The position numbers and the translations under genes are program-made. The notes beneath the pieces are model-generated. The model made no database searches, had not been told where the DNA came from, and saw only the letters and a program-made list of their open reading frames with translations. A stretch of 64,000 nucleotides of DNA from Eledone cirrhosa (lineage: Eukaryota), in the NCBI GenBank assembly GCA_964016885.1, contig OZ024741.1, positions 198,462,001 to 198,526,000 on the forward strand, written 5' to 3'. Positions 10,722 to 25,116 of this stretch are shown here, piece after piece. The number at the start of each line of letters is the position of its first letter. The first letter of the stretch is position 1.

Positions 10722-13700
10722 CTTTATCGCTTGGATGCGGAAGATCCGGGTGGTCGCCGGGCTACAAAAGATAGACGATGTGGCCGGTCTCATGGCGCTA
10801 TATCTCGAGGGGGATGCGCTCGCATTATACCTCGAGATGGACGAAATCAGCCAGAGGGACGCGCAAAAAATTGAACGGCGTATGATGGAAGCGTTTGCGG
10901 AAGGTCCGTGAACTGCGTTTGCCAAGCTGGCGAGGATAAGGTGGGAAGGTCAGTGTGTGGATATTTTTGCTGCGGAGATAAGGAGATTGGCCATGCTGGC
11001 GGGTTTTCAGGTCGAGTGCAAGTGTACAGTGCGGCTGACATTTATAAATGGTTTTCCGGATGACATCGCGGTAAGACTGCAGCAAATACCTGGCTACAAG
11101 GAAATGGAGATGCGTATATTGGTAGAGCAAGCCCGCATCATAGCGGAAGATGCCAAGAAGAGCGTTGCGGCAATAGCGACGATGGAGGCCCGGGGCAGCC
11201 GACAGCGAAATGCCGAAAGGGCGACAAACACGGCGAACAGTCGCCCACGCACGTTTAGGGGTCGTTGTTATATGTGCCAGGGTGCGCACATGGCGAGAAA
11301 TTGTAAGGAGTCGACACCAGATATAATTTGCTACCGGTGTGGGCGGCCGGGCCACATCGCTACCAATTGCGACCAGGGAAACGGTCCAAGGGGAGTTATT
11401 GCGCCGGTAGCTACCCCTCGAGTGTAGAGGCGCTGCCTGTGGTGAAAGTGCTGGTGAAGGGAAAGCCATTACGAGCCCTCGTGGACACGGGATGTACAAC
11501 GACACTGGTGACCACGGGGGTGGTGGAAAAGTGGAGAGGGAAGAGCATCATAAGGGCAGTTGACGTCAGGAGAGCGAGAAGGCCCACGAGGAAAATACCG
11601 TACAGGATAAGGACTTCAGGGCCGTGTTCGACGGGCAGCGATGGATTGTTGAGTGGTACTGGAAGGGAGAACCACCAACACTGAAGAACAAAGTGGGCTG
11701 CTATCAGCACATATTGAAAGGAGACACTAGGAGAGAGTTTGAGCGAGAGTTAGAGAGATGGGTCGAGGAGGGCATGCTGGTTCCCTGGAAGGGGGAGGTG
11801 AAGTGTGGGGTGCTGCCGTTAATGGCTGTGGCGCAACCCACGAAGAACAAGGTGAGACCAGTGTTGGATTTTCGGGAGCTGAACGAGCATGTGTCGTGTC
11901 ACACGGGTGGTGAGGTCACGGATGTTTGCGGGGAAACTGCGCGAGTGGAGACGTATGACGGGGGCTTCCACGATCGTCGACTTAAAGTCGGCATATCTAC
12001 AGCTACACGTGGAGGAGAAGCTGTGGCAGTATCAGCTTGTCAGGTATAAGGGTCGGACATATTACCTGACCAGGCTCGGTTTCGGGCTGAACTCTGCACC
12101 GAAGATCATGGCGGCGGTCCTCAAGACCGTTCTGGGAAAGACTGACAGGATGAAGAGGGACGCCAATTCCTACATCGACGACATCTTAGTGGACGAGACT
12201 ATAGTGACGGCGGCGGAGGTCACAAGCCATTTGCGAAGATACGGATTGACTGCGAAGCCGTCAGAGGCGTTGGGAGGAGGAGTCGCACTAGGATTTAGGC
12301 TGCGAAAAGACAAGACGGGCATGTTGGTATTTCGGAAGGGAAATGAAGTCCCGGAACTGGGCCCAAACATGAATAGACGGGAACTCTTCTCAGTGTGTGG
12401 AAAATTGGTGGGTCACTACCCAATCGCTGGGTGGCTCCGGACGGCATGCAGCTATGTCAAGAGACGAGCGGACGGGGTTACTTGGAGTGACAAGGTGGGA
12501 GAGAGGACGATCGCCATGATGCAGGAGATCGTGGGGAGGGTGGAGGCCGATGACCCGGTGCGAGGACGCTGGTATGTCCCCGAATCGCAGAGCGGGACCG
12601 TATGGTGTGATGCCAGTAGCATAGCGTTAGCTGTCACACTGGAAATAGGAGGTGTCGAGGTCGAGGATGCAGCCTGGCTGAGGAAGAAAGATGACTGTAA
12701 CCACATCAATATGGCCGAGCTGGACGCTGTGTTGAGAGGGGTGAACCTCGCCTTGAGGTGGGGACTGCGCACCATCGAGATTCGCACCGACTCGGCGACT
12801 GTATTCGGATGGGTGAGGTCAGTGCTTACCAGTGAGAAGAGAGTGCGAACGAGAGGGGCGGCAGAAATGCTGATAAAGCGCCGCCTGGGAACTCTAGGAG
12901 AGCTGGCCACCGAGTTCGGCCTGAACTTGAGTGTAGTCTTCGTGCTCTCAGAGAAAAATAGAGCAGACGTCTTAACCAGCGTGAAAAAAGCCTGGATGGA
13001 AGCGCCGGAGGATGCAGAAGAGGGGATAGCAACTGTGTGTCGGCTGAGCGAGTTCGACCTTAAAGGGTTGCATCCCATGCACCACATGGGAATGGATAGG
13101 ACCCTGTTCCTAGCCAGAAAGATCGATTCCGACGTTCGCAGAGACAGTGTCCAGAGAGTGGTCAGAGGCTGCGTACGAGGCCAGTCTATCGATCCCGCCC
13201 CGGGTGTGCACGAGACGGGAAGTCTCCCGGTGGATCGCGACTGGAAACGATTGGCGGTGGACGTAACGCACTACCGACAGGGAACATACCTCTCGATGGT
13301 TGATTGTGGACCGGCACGGATGGTGATATGGAGGGAAATGAAGATAGGAACTGCAGAGGAAATCACGCGGACGTTGAGAGAGATATTTTTGGAGCGGGGC
13401 CCTGTGGATGAACTGCTGATGGAGGCGCTGAGGGAAATGCTTGATGGATGGAAGGTGGACCGCTTCTTCAGAGCAGCATACAGGCCGAGCGGAAATGGGA
13501 TCGTGGAGCGAGACCACCGCACAATCAAAACAATGGGGGAACATCTCACCAATGGAGGCAGTGTTTTAGTACAACATGTCCCCTCGAGTAGGACAGGCTG
13601 GGGAATCGGTGCCACACAGAGCAATATACAAGTACGATTGGCGGCACCCATGCATGGTAAGAATCAGCCAGTAGAGAGAGAGAGCGCATTTGTACAGGTG

Positions 13701-14245
13701 GGCGAGGAAGTCTTGGTTAAGCCCCCAGGTGCACGCTGCACATCTCAATGGGAAAAGGGAACGGTTTACGGCCTTGAATTCCCTGAATAACGTGTCGGTG
13801 GGCGGAGTGCCACGTCATGTCCTGGATGTCCGTAGAATCATTGTGTTGACGGACGGACTCCGAGGAAGAGGAAATCGAAAGCGCCGCCCCAACATTATGG
13901 AGATCGCGACGGGATCGCCGACTGCCTGGGTGGATGGCGGAGTATCACATGTAGCAGAGTGAGGAGGAGATTGATCCTTGAGATCAGGGGGGCGTGTGGG
14001 GCTGTGTGGAGGAGGTGACGTCAGATGTGGACGCTTGACTTTGGTGACTTTGGAGCAAGACGGGCGTACCGGATTAAGCTGCAGCTTGGCGACTTGATGA
14101 TAACGACGAAGATTGATGCCCGACTTGAGGTGAACCAGCAGACTCGCGGTAAGTGGAGTAGCTTTCTCACCACAGATTCACCATTATCAACAGACCCCAT
14201 GGGATTTACAGATACACACGCAGAGATTGGAGCCCTACTACTACA
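10722..14245 (+). mobile_element. Ty3/gypsy LTR retrotransposon, 5'-truncated (gag, PR, RT, RNase H, integrase, PPT, 3' LTR)
   Basis: Zinc knuckles; ALVDTG; RPVLDFRELN; DLKSAYLQ; YIDD; WCDAS; GNGIVER; PPT AGGGGGGCG at 13986-94, then TGT...ACA (about 13995-14245). Confidence 0.93.
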
Positions 14246-15049
14246 GACCATGTACAAGCCATAGTGGTCTACCACCAATTACAGACCATTCAGAGATATA
14301 CAAACCATATCTCTCTCTCTCTTACTAACTACGGTCTCACAACTACTACCACGGACTCCAAATTCCAACAACAACAACAATTATCTGTCGCTCGCTGTTT
14401 TCACTCCAACAACAACAACAATTATCTGTCCCTCGCTGTTTTCACACCAACAACAACAGACTACAACAGCCTCACATCAGCAGCAATAACTACATTAACA
14501 ACTCTTGGTAACTGTTTTATATGTACTTTTTAATTGATTCACGTGAAGTAAACTATATATAACCAAATCATTTATTCTTTATATTTTCGTTATTACACCT
14601 ATTCTTATTATTCATGTTATTTCCTCTAACAACTTTGTTATTATCATATCATTTCAAATAACAACTTCTAACTATTACTTAATTCATTTTAACCCTTCGT
14701 TAAACATATGCTGTAAGAAAAGGTTTTTAATGTTTCGAGTGGTGCACTTTATCTGAAACATTAGAATTTATCACTTTTCACAGCACACAAACTCATTCAA
14801 TTTTGCCAACTTTCTTGATTGACTTTTGCCAACACAAACAGTCTTTATTCAGCAAATTTCAATCAAGTAATGTAATGTCTCCGATAAAAATAGAGAAATA
14901 AAGGGGAAATAGATAACGAAAATAAGGAGACGATGGAATTTAGCACAATTTAACACAATTTTACTGATAACAAGGAAGGTAATCGTCCAGAAAAACGTAC
15001 AACACTTGTGGCTCGTGTACTCAAATGTTCTAATCTCGATGTATGGCAA

Positions 15050-15800
15050 CTTATTGAAAATGGAAGCAGATATACATACTTTTAGAAAAGACTTCCAGAA
15101 GGGAAGTGTAGAGAATTGGGTGTAGGTTCTGCGATAATAAACTCAATTGTATCGTCACTTGAAGAATAACACACAATCTAGAATCCATAGAACTATTCTA
15201 GAGTGAATTTGGAAACTTACTGAAATCAATACATCAATCTGGTAATTATGGGGATTTTAATGCAAGGGTGGAAAACGGTTTTCAAACATGGCCGGCTCTT
15301 GGGAAGTAAGGTTTAGGAAAATGTATTCTTGACTTTTTGTACTGACTACAAGCTTCCTATCTCCAGTAATCTTTTGAAACAGAAAACAAATATAGGGCTA
15401 CTTGGATACATCCAAAGTCTAAACACCCTATAGACTATGTTCTTGTCCACACAGCTGATCAAAAAGGCATTTTTAGAGTACGGACGATGAGGGATGCAGA
15501 ATGTTGGACAGATCATAGATTCGTACGGGCCAAAGTAGGTTTATATTTAAAATTAAAAAATAGGTATGCACCTTCAACATTTCCTAAAAAGCTGAATGTA
15601 TGTATAATTTAAAATCCCCTGGTTCACTTCATAACTATCAAAATGCAATAAGTGGGATAATCTTTGCAGTAAAAAATAACTAATGGAATGGTAACGTCTA
15701 TGAAACAGCATCAATAACCATTGGTTTCAGAATATGGAAGGTTGCAATCTCATTTTCAGGAAATGATGCAGCAATTTGTGATTTGCTTCAAAAGAAAACA
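15050..15800 (+). mobile_element. decayed RTE-like LINE, APE endonuclease region
   Basis: IMGDFNARV, IDYVLV and TDHRFVRAKV remnants with stops. Confidence 0.65.
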
Positions 15801-16130
15801 GTGCAAAACAAAGCGGTATAAATATTAGTTAAAAACCACTGTTAAGTATTTCAATATACCGTACAAAGATGTTGAATATATTGCTGTTAACAGAAATGGC
15901 GAATAAAGATATGGTCTGGGGTTAAAAAAAAATGGAAGAAAACAAATGAAAGTAAGGAAAAAGAAAAAGAAAACTACAGAAAAATAACATTTTGCTAAAC
16001 ACAGAAACATATTCATCTGTTCAACGTGTGGTAAAACTGGTCCTATGGATAGCTTAACTTTACATCTCAGAACTCATCTTCAACCAGTTGGTTCAACTTC
16101 ATTCCAGCGGGTACGCTTATATGTCATATT

Positions 16131-19100
16131 TGTAGCAAGATGCTTGAGCACATTGAACTGACCCTAATCAAATAGGCAGGTGTGCACTCTCAGCTATGTT
16201 GTGCATTATCATGAATGCGAATGTAAACTTATGTGCAGTAGTAAATAGCTAAACACTACCCTACATTTATGGAGGATAGTATTTCAGTATTGGTACAACT
16301 CTCTTTGTGGCGTCGCAGACAAGACAAGGACAATTTCTTGGAGACATAAACCTACAGTTGGTCGAAGACGTCACAATCTGGCTCATGGCCTTTGAAGTAA
16401 AGGCTTAGATGGACTAAGTGGAGGATAACCTACAAGATGGTGGCCTAAATCCTATGGCTATGAAATTCCTTTCTTTGGTCGGAATACAAGTATTTGTATT
16501 CCGAGATATTAACATCCCAAAGAATATCATAAAGATGACTAATGCTGATCTCAAAAATTCAATTTTCAATCATAGTGATCCTTCAAAGAAACTGATATTG
16601 GCCGAAAGAACAAAATTGTTCTCCACTATTCAACAGCCCAATGAGTCAATTTCTCAAATTCTTTCGAATCTTCAACAGGCCAATGAATACTGTAATTTTG
16701 AGAGCCTGAAAACGTCTAAAAGGACAATGACTGAAAATCTCATATTGTCTCTGTTAGCTGTCTATATCAGAAACAGTGAGGAAAGAGAAAAAGTTCTTCA
16801 AGCTAATGGAGTTAGCAAACTCAGTTTGTCAGCAACAGTACACATTTCTACACCGTTCTTCGCAAATATCCGAATTTTGTAATGACAATTCAACAGAGAA
16901 GGTTATTGCTTGTTCCAGAACGACTAAACAAGATAAAAGAAAGAATTTAAATGATAATCATAATACCGCTGTGGAAAATCCTGGTCCATACAGCACAAAT
17001 GTTCTGCCATTCAAGCTACTTGAAAGAATTGCGGTAAGAAAGGATATTATGCAAAAGTTTATAAAGTACCAGGAATTATCACAGGGTAATTCGCCAGGAT
17101 TGAATCGTGACTCTTATCGGTCACACAGCTGAAACACCAATGTGTGAACCTGTCTTCCTCAATAGTCACATTATTGACATGATACATGAGATGGGCGCAC
17201 CCGGCAGCATTATCTCTTCTAAAGTGTCAAATGACATCGGTGTGACTATAACAAAACAACATCCTTCATATGAATCATATAATGAACATCGCATGGAATG
17301 CATTGATAACGCTTGTTTTACTGTTAAGCAAGGAAGTCAACAATTTCTCCATTGTTTTTCTGTTAAGCAAGGAAGTCAACAATTTCTCCATACTTTCAAA
17401 GTAATTAAAAGCTGCCGAAAATATGGTTTCCTATGTCGGGATCTACTGAATGTTGAAACAGTTTTCAGTGTTGAATCACTTTTTCTGATAATCAAAGGAG
17501 TGCAAGCTTCTGTTAAATTAATACCTAATGCCTCTGATAAATTCTGTGCCGCCCGAAGTCTGCCTATTACGCTCGAAGAAGATGTAGCAAAGGAGTTGGA
17601 TCCATTAGAAGCCAAAGGTATAATTCAAACGTGCCCTCCAAGTGTCGTAGTCAATACTTCTCCAGTCGCATGGGTTAGAAAGAAAAATGGACGACTTCGT
17701 ATGTGTCCTGACTACAAAGTTTACCTAAATGAAAAGATATGCACTGAGGCCTATCCTTTGCCACAAATGGAAACTATGTTCAACAAGCTTAGTGGTGCAA
17801 GAGTCTTCGCTTAGATTGACTTAATTGACGCATATTGACAGATCAAACTCGATGAAAACAGGCAGAAGCTCTGTGCCATAAAGAGGAGTATACAAGAGGA
17901 GTATACCTGGTTACGTGATTACAGATGGAGATGAATAATAGTTCTGCAATTTCCAGCATGCTATGGAGTATGTCGTGCTCAAAGGACTAAAGAATTATAT
18001 CGCATACCAAGATGATATAATCGTTTTTGCTAAGTCAGAAGAGAGCCTGACTAAACATATAAATGCCATCCTCGGAAGATTACACGAGAAGCAAGTCAGT
18101 AGCAAGAAGTGCGTTCAAAATAGTATAGTCATCACATTTGTAGATTATGTGATATCAGCAGAAGGAATTAAAACTGATAAAGGGCACGTCGACAGAATCA
18201 TGGCATTAAATCAACCCTAAAACACTGAAAAACTGCGATCCTTTCTTGAGCTAATCGGATACTTAGGGCTATTCATTTCAAATTTCAGTGAGAAAACAAT
18301 AAACATGCAGAAACTAACTACCGCCAATCGTTTTCAGTGGACAGACAAGTGCCAATTTGAATTTGAGAATATTAAAGACCAGCTGTGCAAAGAACCTGTG
18401 TTGATCCTAAACTACCTACCGAGCTGACATCGGAGTCTTCAATGAACAGCGTTGCGGTCATACTTTCACAAAATGGTCACCCTGTCTTATATGTATCAAG
18501 AAAATTTACGCCTGCTGAATATAATTGGTCAAATATCGAACGTGAATCATTTGCCATCGCATGGTCCGTTATCCGCCCCAAACAATTCCTACAAGGTAAA
18601 AAGTTCAAGCTCAACACGGATCACAGACCTTTAATGTATATTTTCCACCCCCACTCCCACCCCAAAAAAAGCAGATCCCTACTAATGCTTCTGCTAGAAT
18701 CAGGCGTTTGATTTTGAAATATCGCATATCTCTGGCTCTAAAATTCCTCATGTTGACACAATGTCGAGATTGCCAACGGTGGACGAGGAAATTGCCTTTG
18801 CAGTTGAGCAAGAGAATGACATTCCGTTCGGAGCCACGTACATCGAACGTGTGAAAAGAATCACAGAATGCGACAGACATATTCAGAGAATCAAACGCAT
18901 GGTCGTATCCAGAAAATGGATTTCGAGAAACAAGTGTGACCTCCCTTTCAAAGGAGTTCGTGATCAACTAACAATAGAAGACAGAATTCTATATTGTTTG
19001 TTCCTTACCAATTACGCAACAGTTCCGATACACATTTGGGTATTCAACAAATGCTCGGTAGGATTTCTCTTGAGTTCTGGTGGCCAAACATATCTCGAGA

Positions 19101-20353
19101 TGTTAGTACTTTTATTTCTAATTGCTCTGGTTGACAACAAAATCTAATTCCGAGAGACGAATCAACAGCGACATGGAATAAAGATGGCCCAAGGGAGCGT
19201 ATTCACATGGACTGGGGCTTTCATAAGCCACGTTGGTAATTTACTCATTGTCATTGTTATTCAAACTATATCGATGCCATTCCTTGCACGTCACACAATA
19301 AAGAAAATGTATAAAACCGCTTGTGGCGTCTTTTCTGTCATTTTGGACTGCCAAAGGTTGTATCAGACAACACTCTTAAATTTACAGCATTGAAAGATTG
19401 GTTATCGATCCTTGGCATAGAGTGCATATATACACCTACTTATCATCCCCAGTCAAATTGAAAAGCCGAGCAGGCTGTTCAAACCATCAAGCGTGCCTTA
19501 TATGCATGGAATCCTATTGTTGGCGATTGGCATCCATATCTCCAGCGAATTCTATTCAATCATCGATCTTCATCAGGCAGGGAAGTTGCTTCATCTTGGG
19601 AAAACTTACTCTGAATACCATTACGCACCAACTACAATCCATGATTAGTACCATTTACTAACGTCTGGTACCGCAACAAGTGCATGAAGGGAGCAAGTCT
19701 CGTCATATATCTTGCACAGAAAGGTGCGAATACAGCAATCGGCGCAAACGGAAACAAAAGTTGGATAGCAAGTTTTGACCAGCTGCTCCCACCGACGGGA
19801 AATTGTCAGTCTTGCCAGAACAAAATCGACTCTATGTCAAGCCACGACAACTGCAGCATCAATGTAAAGAAACTGGCGAAGTCATAACCTCAAAAATACG
19901 GAATTGATATGATGATAGGAATAAACTGGTGATCCAGCAGAAAGAGAACCCCACCGAATCGACTTTCTTACTGAGGTGGCGAGTGTCGTGTATTGAACTC
20001 GCATTGAGTGTTATCTAACAAGTGCTGTGTAATTGTTTAATTATTTAACGACAGCCAATCATATCACAATCACTGGTTTCAAGTGTGCTCGTGTGTCTTG
20101 CCTATATAATATGCTTCAGCTAAACGAGGGGTACACAATTCTATCCAACAAGTTCGAAGTACAATCAGACGGTTTGAGAAGTACACAATTCTTTCTTTCC
20201 CCACAGAATTACGTTCAGTGTTATTGTTTTATGCTCACTTCAGTTCAACAGTTCGACAGTTTATTGTGCTTCATTGTGTCGGAATCTAAATTTGTAATTT
20301 ACTGTTCCTGGTTCAATTACCTTCGCTCATTAGGAAATAAACAAGATACTACA
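16131..20353 (+). mobile_element. decayed Ty3/gypsy element with LTR-like ends, PBS and PPT
   Basis: TGT..ACA at 16131-16297; PBS TGGCGTCGCAGACA at 16308; pol remnants RLRMCPDYK..LN, YQDD, NIERE, TDHRPL; PPT then TGT at 19984. Confidence 0.85.
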
Positions 20354-20639
20354 CTTTGTATGCATGGAATTGTATATATGTGCATTTTGAGAGAGGTACA
20401 TTTTTCTGGAAACTTATATTCCCATGATTAGCACAAATACGACTAGCATCACAGAAAACATCTTGTAGCATCTATATGGGACAACATGTAGTGGTATCTA
20501 TTTTGATGTGTGCAGACATACAATTCTTGATGTATGAATCAATGGATGCATAGATGAATGTTTACATGAAGCTTTTTTTGTATGCCCAGCCGTGGAGACA
20601 TATGTATGTGTGTTTCTCTTTCTCTTAATTTCAAGTACA

Positions 20640-21350
20640 TTTTTGACCGGCCACCTTCCTGGTGGAAAGGTTATAAAAGAAAAGAAATTGTCATCCCTTG
20701 AAACGCAAGAATCTTTTGCAAATTTTGAAGGTGCCAGATATCGCCGCTAATTGTAGTCTATGAATTAGGGAGCTGCGCTCTTTGTCCACAAATTCAAGTT
20801 CAGTCATACTTTGGTCCAAGTGGGTTGGTATATAACCTGTAGCTCCAATAACAATGGGTATAAAGCTGAAGGTGTATCTTGGATGCTGGATCCCAAACCT
20901 CCTCATCAATGGTCCGTAGATGTCCTCCTTCTCTCGTATTTTTCTTACAACGCTGACATCAAGTGGGCAGCTGATCTCTACAACAGTACACGTTTTCAAT
21001 GTGTGGTCCCAAATAACAATATCAGGCCGGTTGTGCTTTAATTTGGTGGCAGTTTTTCTTTCAGGTTCCACCAGTATTCTTTACTGCCATCTATCTCAAC
21101 ATATTCCTCCTCGTTTGTTTTTAATTTTGTTTTCCTAAGTGAGCTCCAGATGGTTCTAGCTATCATATCGTGTCTCATAGGGAGGTAGTAGCGAGACGAC
21201 ATTCGTTCGCAGTTGGCAACAATGTGACTAACATCTTCGATCTTTGTTTTACAAAGCCTACATTTATTATCGACTGGTGGCCCTCCTCTTTTGTGTAGCA
21301 GATATTTGGTAGGAATTTCTTGTTCCTATATTGCATAGAGATATCCTTCA
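20640..21350 (-). mobile_element. 3' end of an RLE-type (R4/Dong/Hero-like) non-LTR element
   Basis: CRLC...HI..NC, RHD, NRPDIVIWD, EISCP, EKEDIY, IPIVIGATG. Confidence 0.85.
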
Positions 21351-21739
21351 AGGTGGGATGTCATAAACTTGTCGGAACTCCATGCCAGGCTTTTTGAATG
21401 ATTTATCCCCTCTATGGTCTGTGTTTTTCGTCTCAGATACCCATGCACAACTTTGTCTGTAAATTGGTCCATTGTGTATGTATGTATGTATGTGTGTGTG
21501 TATGTATGTGCGCATGTGTGTGCGTATGTATGTTGTGTACATATGTAGGGACACTAATGTGCTTACACTAGTATGTATTTCTGTGTCTGTGATAATGTCA
21601 CCTTGTTTAAAAGAATTTGATTTTTTTAAAAAATTGGTTAACTTAATCGCAGGACAAAAATACAAGAGTTAATTTTCTGAATTATCTCCCTATACTAGAA
21701 GTTAAATAAGGTTCGTTTTTTTCGATTTTGAATAATTTT

Positions 21740-21969
21740 TTATCCCTCTTAGCATTTAAACCGGCCATATCCGGCCAGAATTCTCTCACCTCTTTCTGTT
21801 CAAACTTGCTGTAACTGGCTACTCATACCAATGTTAAAGTATTGTTCTGAAAATAAATAATATGAAAATCTCATAGATTCAATATTATGTGAGATAATTA
21901 TGTAAGATAAAGCCTTTACCACAAAAATACAATAGTATACATAGAGTAATGTAAATGCTAAAGAGTTAA
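21740..21969. mobile_element. piggyBac-like MITE (second copy at 34751-34959)
   Basis: TIR CCCT(T/C)TTAGCATTTA with TTAA ends; the interiors of the two copies align. Confidence 0.7.
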
Positions 21970-22696
21970 AGTTATACTGTACTACTGAGGCATGTTTTAT
22001 TCCTGCCAGAGGTAAAATTAATGTTTCATTAACATTTCCATTTATTCTAAAACATTTATCATCTCTGCGAGTAGAAGGAATTTGCATGGATGGCTATATA
22101 TCTATTCCTATATATATAGACACAGATTATCCAAAATGTTTCGTAACATTTCAAAAAATTGGATCACATCTCCTTCGAAACATCTGTAAGAGAATAAATA
22201 TGGTTTTTAAATGAAAGAAGTTAATTTTTCAATTGATTCTCTAGTTTATATTTGCTTTGCATGTATGCCTACACCTCCACATCTTGCTAATAACTTTTTT
22301 CTCTTGAAACCTTTATATATTATATAAACTCATTGAGCTAATCCTATATATTATATAAACTCATTGAGCTAATCCTATCATTATAATGCTCTATTTTCCT
22401 TCGAGAATTGTTTGTATAGTTTTACTTTTGCTATATATATATCTATCTATCTAGGGCGGGTAAAATTCCCGAGATCCATGGACGCGTTCACTCCAGCGGT
22501 CTCTGTCCCTCATCATCGCTGCCATGTCCTGCGTCTCCAACAGATAGAACTGGTCATTCCGTTTAGTTAATCATTATGTAATAGTGGGGAAAGCACTCTA
22601 CGTTATACAACTCATCCATCGTTGATGTTGAATCCGTTGGTTGGTGCAAGAACGAAGTTAAAGATTGGTTTGATTAAAATAACAGCAGGCCAGACT

Positions 22697-23025
22697 GGTG
22701 ATGTTCCTTTAAAGTTTTATTGTTGCAAAAACACTATATATATTTCAATGGCCAGGTTATGTAAGATCCTGGTGACATCATCAGGTGTAGATTACATGAT
22801 TAGTTAATCAATAAAGGAATTATGGCATACACAAACAGAAAAAATATAAACAAAGAAGATATTTGATTCGTAGATGGCCTGCGACGTAGGGGTTATTGTT
22901 TGTGTTTGCCGTAATTCCTTTATTGATTAACTAATTATGCAATCCGTGTCTGATAATGTCACCAGGATCTTACATAACCAGGACATAGTGATTTTGCAAC
23001 AATAAAACTTTAAAGGAAGATCACC
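22697..23025. repeat. fold-back inverted repeat (arms about 135 bp) abutting (AT)n
   Basis: 22697-22836 is the reverse complement of 22897-23025. Confidence 0.85.
22731..22788 (-). ncRNA. type I hammerhead motif with imperfect stem II base
   Basis: Minus: ACAC CTGATGA TG..CCAGG..CCTGG.CA.. GAAA TATAT ATA GTGT. Confidence 0.6.
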
Positions 23026-23055
23026 ACAATGTATATATATATATATATATGTATA

Positions 23056-23131
<76 letters not shown>

Positions 23132-23232
23132 TGAAATATCAAAACATTAATTTATTTACAATACCGGTTTCAGCATTGTCAATTGTGGATATGCAGAATA
23201 TTGTTAAGTTGCATAATTGTACAAATAGTGAA

Positions 23233-23264
<32 letters not shown>

Positions 23265-23496
23265 TAGAAAGAGGAAAGAAAAATTAATTTTCACATCCTT
23301 GTTCATTCAGAAAAGTTAATTTATCTGTCCATCATTCTCTGCTAATAGCTCGGTTGTGACTGGAGAGGGTAGAAGCAGTCACAACCAAGCTATTAGCAGA
23401 GAAGGAAGCACAGAGAAATTAATTATATATATTAACTATATATATATATATCAATTTGTGTGTTACCTTTCTACATTCAATATATATACATATATA

Positions 23497-23539
<43 letters not shown>

Positions 23540-24106
23540 GAAAAAAGTTTGTCCTTCATCAGTGATCTTCCAACTATCATAGGCATTTCATCGCTTTAAA
23601 GACCATATACCTCCGGTTGGTGCGAGCAACGGCTAAAAAAAGTCGTTGGGACACGTAAATAAAGGGGACGCGAGGGTAAACAAACAAAATGGTGAAGCAA
23701 CAGAAAGTGAGGAAGAAGGAGACAAGTCCCAGATTTCTATGAATTTAAGTTCGGTGAAATCGTGAACGAGAGAATAAAGACCATCAAACCTGGTTGAAAT
23801 GTGAGCAAGGAAGGAATTTCGCACAGGTCTAACGGGAGGAAGAAGGGGTCTGGTCTGCGAATTCGGTAAACATAAGTTCTGTGAAATCGTAGACGAGAGA
23901 GAAAAAATTCCGACCAGCTTGGCCGAGAATGTGAGAGAAAAGAATTACTCACAGGTCAAACGGGAAGAAAGAGGAGGAGGAGAGGTAGTGACAGAGAATG
24001 AGTGAGTGAAGGGTGAGGAAGAGGCTAACAGAGAGAGAGACTGCTAGAAAGGGTAAAGATACATAGAACGAAAAAGACGGTGTAGCAGCAGATATATATA
24101 TATAGT

Positions 24107-24230
24107 GAAGGCGTGTGGCTGAGTGATTAGAGAACTGGATTCGCAATCGTAAGGTTGTGAGTTCGATTCCTGGACCAGGCGATGCGTTATGTCCTTGAGC
24201 AAGACACTTTATTTCACGTTGCTCCTTCTA
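24107..24230 (+). mobile_element. tRNA-derived SINE
   Basis: A-box TGGCTGAGTG, B-box GTTCGATTCC and GTCCTTGAGCAAGACACTT body. Confidence 0.75.
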
Positions 24231-24323
24231 CCTGGAGTTGCGACCGATAGATAGTATTAGCAATTGGAAAGACCAACGGAAACATTGTTCCCTCGGTCCG
24301 ATTTGACGAAAGTCGATCGTTCC

Positions 24324-24361
<38 letters not shown>

Positions 24362-24533
24362 TGTTTGTATCTATATTGTATCTGTATTATTTTTGACTGT
24401 TGGTCAGTCAATGGCAACATTGAGGACCGAATAAATTAAATTAACCGATATAAAAGACACAGAAGAGAAAAGCGAAAACCAACCAAACAGTGAATGTGTT
24501 CTGTTATTAATTCTGGCAATATTACACAAATAT

Positions 24534-24720
24534 GCGGTGGATTGGCAGTATCGGTAGAAGGTCGGACGCCATGCTTTCCAGCATAGTTACGTCCCTTTAC
24601 GATCTGAGTTCAAATCCCGCCGAGGTTGACTTTGCCTTTCATCCTTACGGGGTCGATAAAATAAAGTACCAGTAATGCACTGGGTAATTGCTGGCCTTGT
24701 GCCTAAAGTAGAAACAAATA
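24534..24720 (+). mobile_element. tRNA-derived SINE family (also at 9630-9725, 52097-52345 and 58470-58680)
   Basis: B-box GAGTTCAAATCC and shared TTTGCCTTTCATCCTTACGGGGTCGATAAAATAAAGTACCAG in several copies. Confidence 0.8.
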
Positions 24721-24810
24721 TTACACAAATATGACCCTCCCCAAGTATAACAATATTTGTTTCGACACACGATTTCATATCAAAAACCTCGCAATATATA
24801 TATATATATA

Positions 24811-25041
24811 GGCATACGTCAAAACGGCCGGACTCAAAAGTGAAACTAATTTTTGACAGTTACGTACGTCATTATTTTCAATTTGGATTGTGAATACGTG
24901 ATATTTTTTTACACACATCCACAAACTTATAGATGTATATACACATGTACAACATATATATGTGTGTATATGTACACATATACACACATATATATATACA
25001 AACACATATATATATACAAACACACATATATATATATACAA

Positions 25042-25116
<75 letters not shown>

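Noticed and set aside
24107-24180. tRNA gene
   Set aside because: A and B boxes are present but there is no convincing cloverleaf, and it continues into a SINE body.
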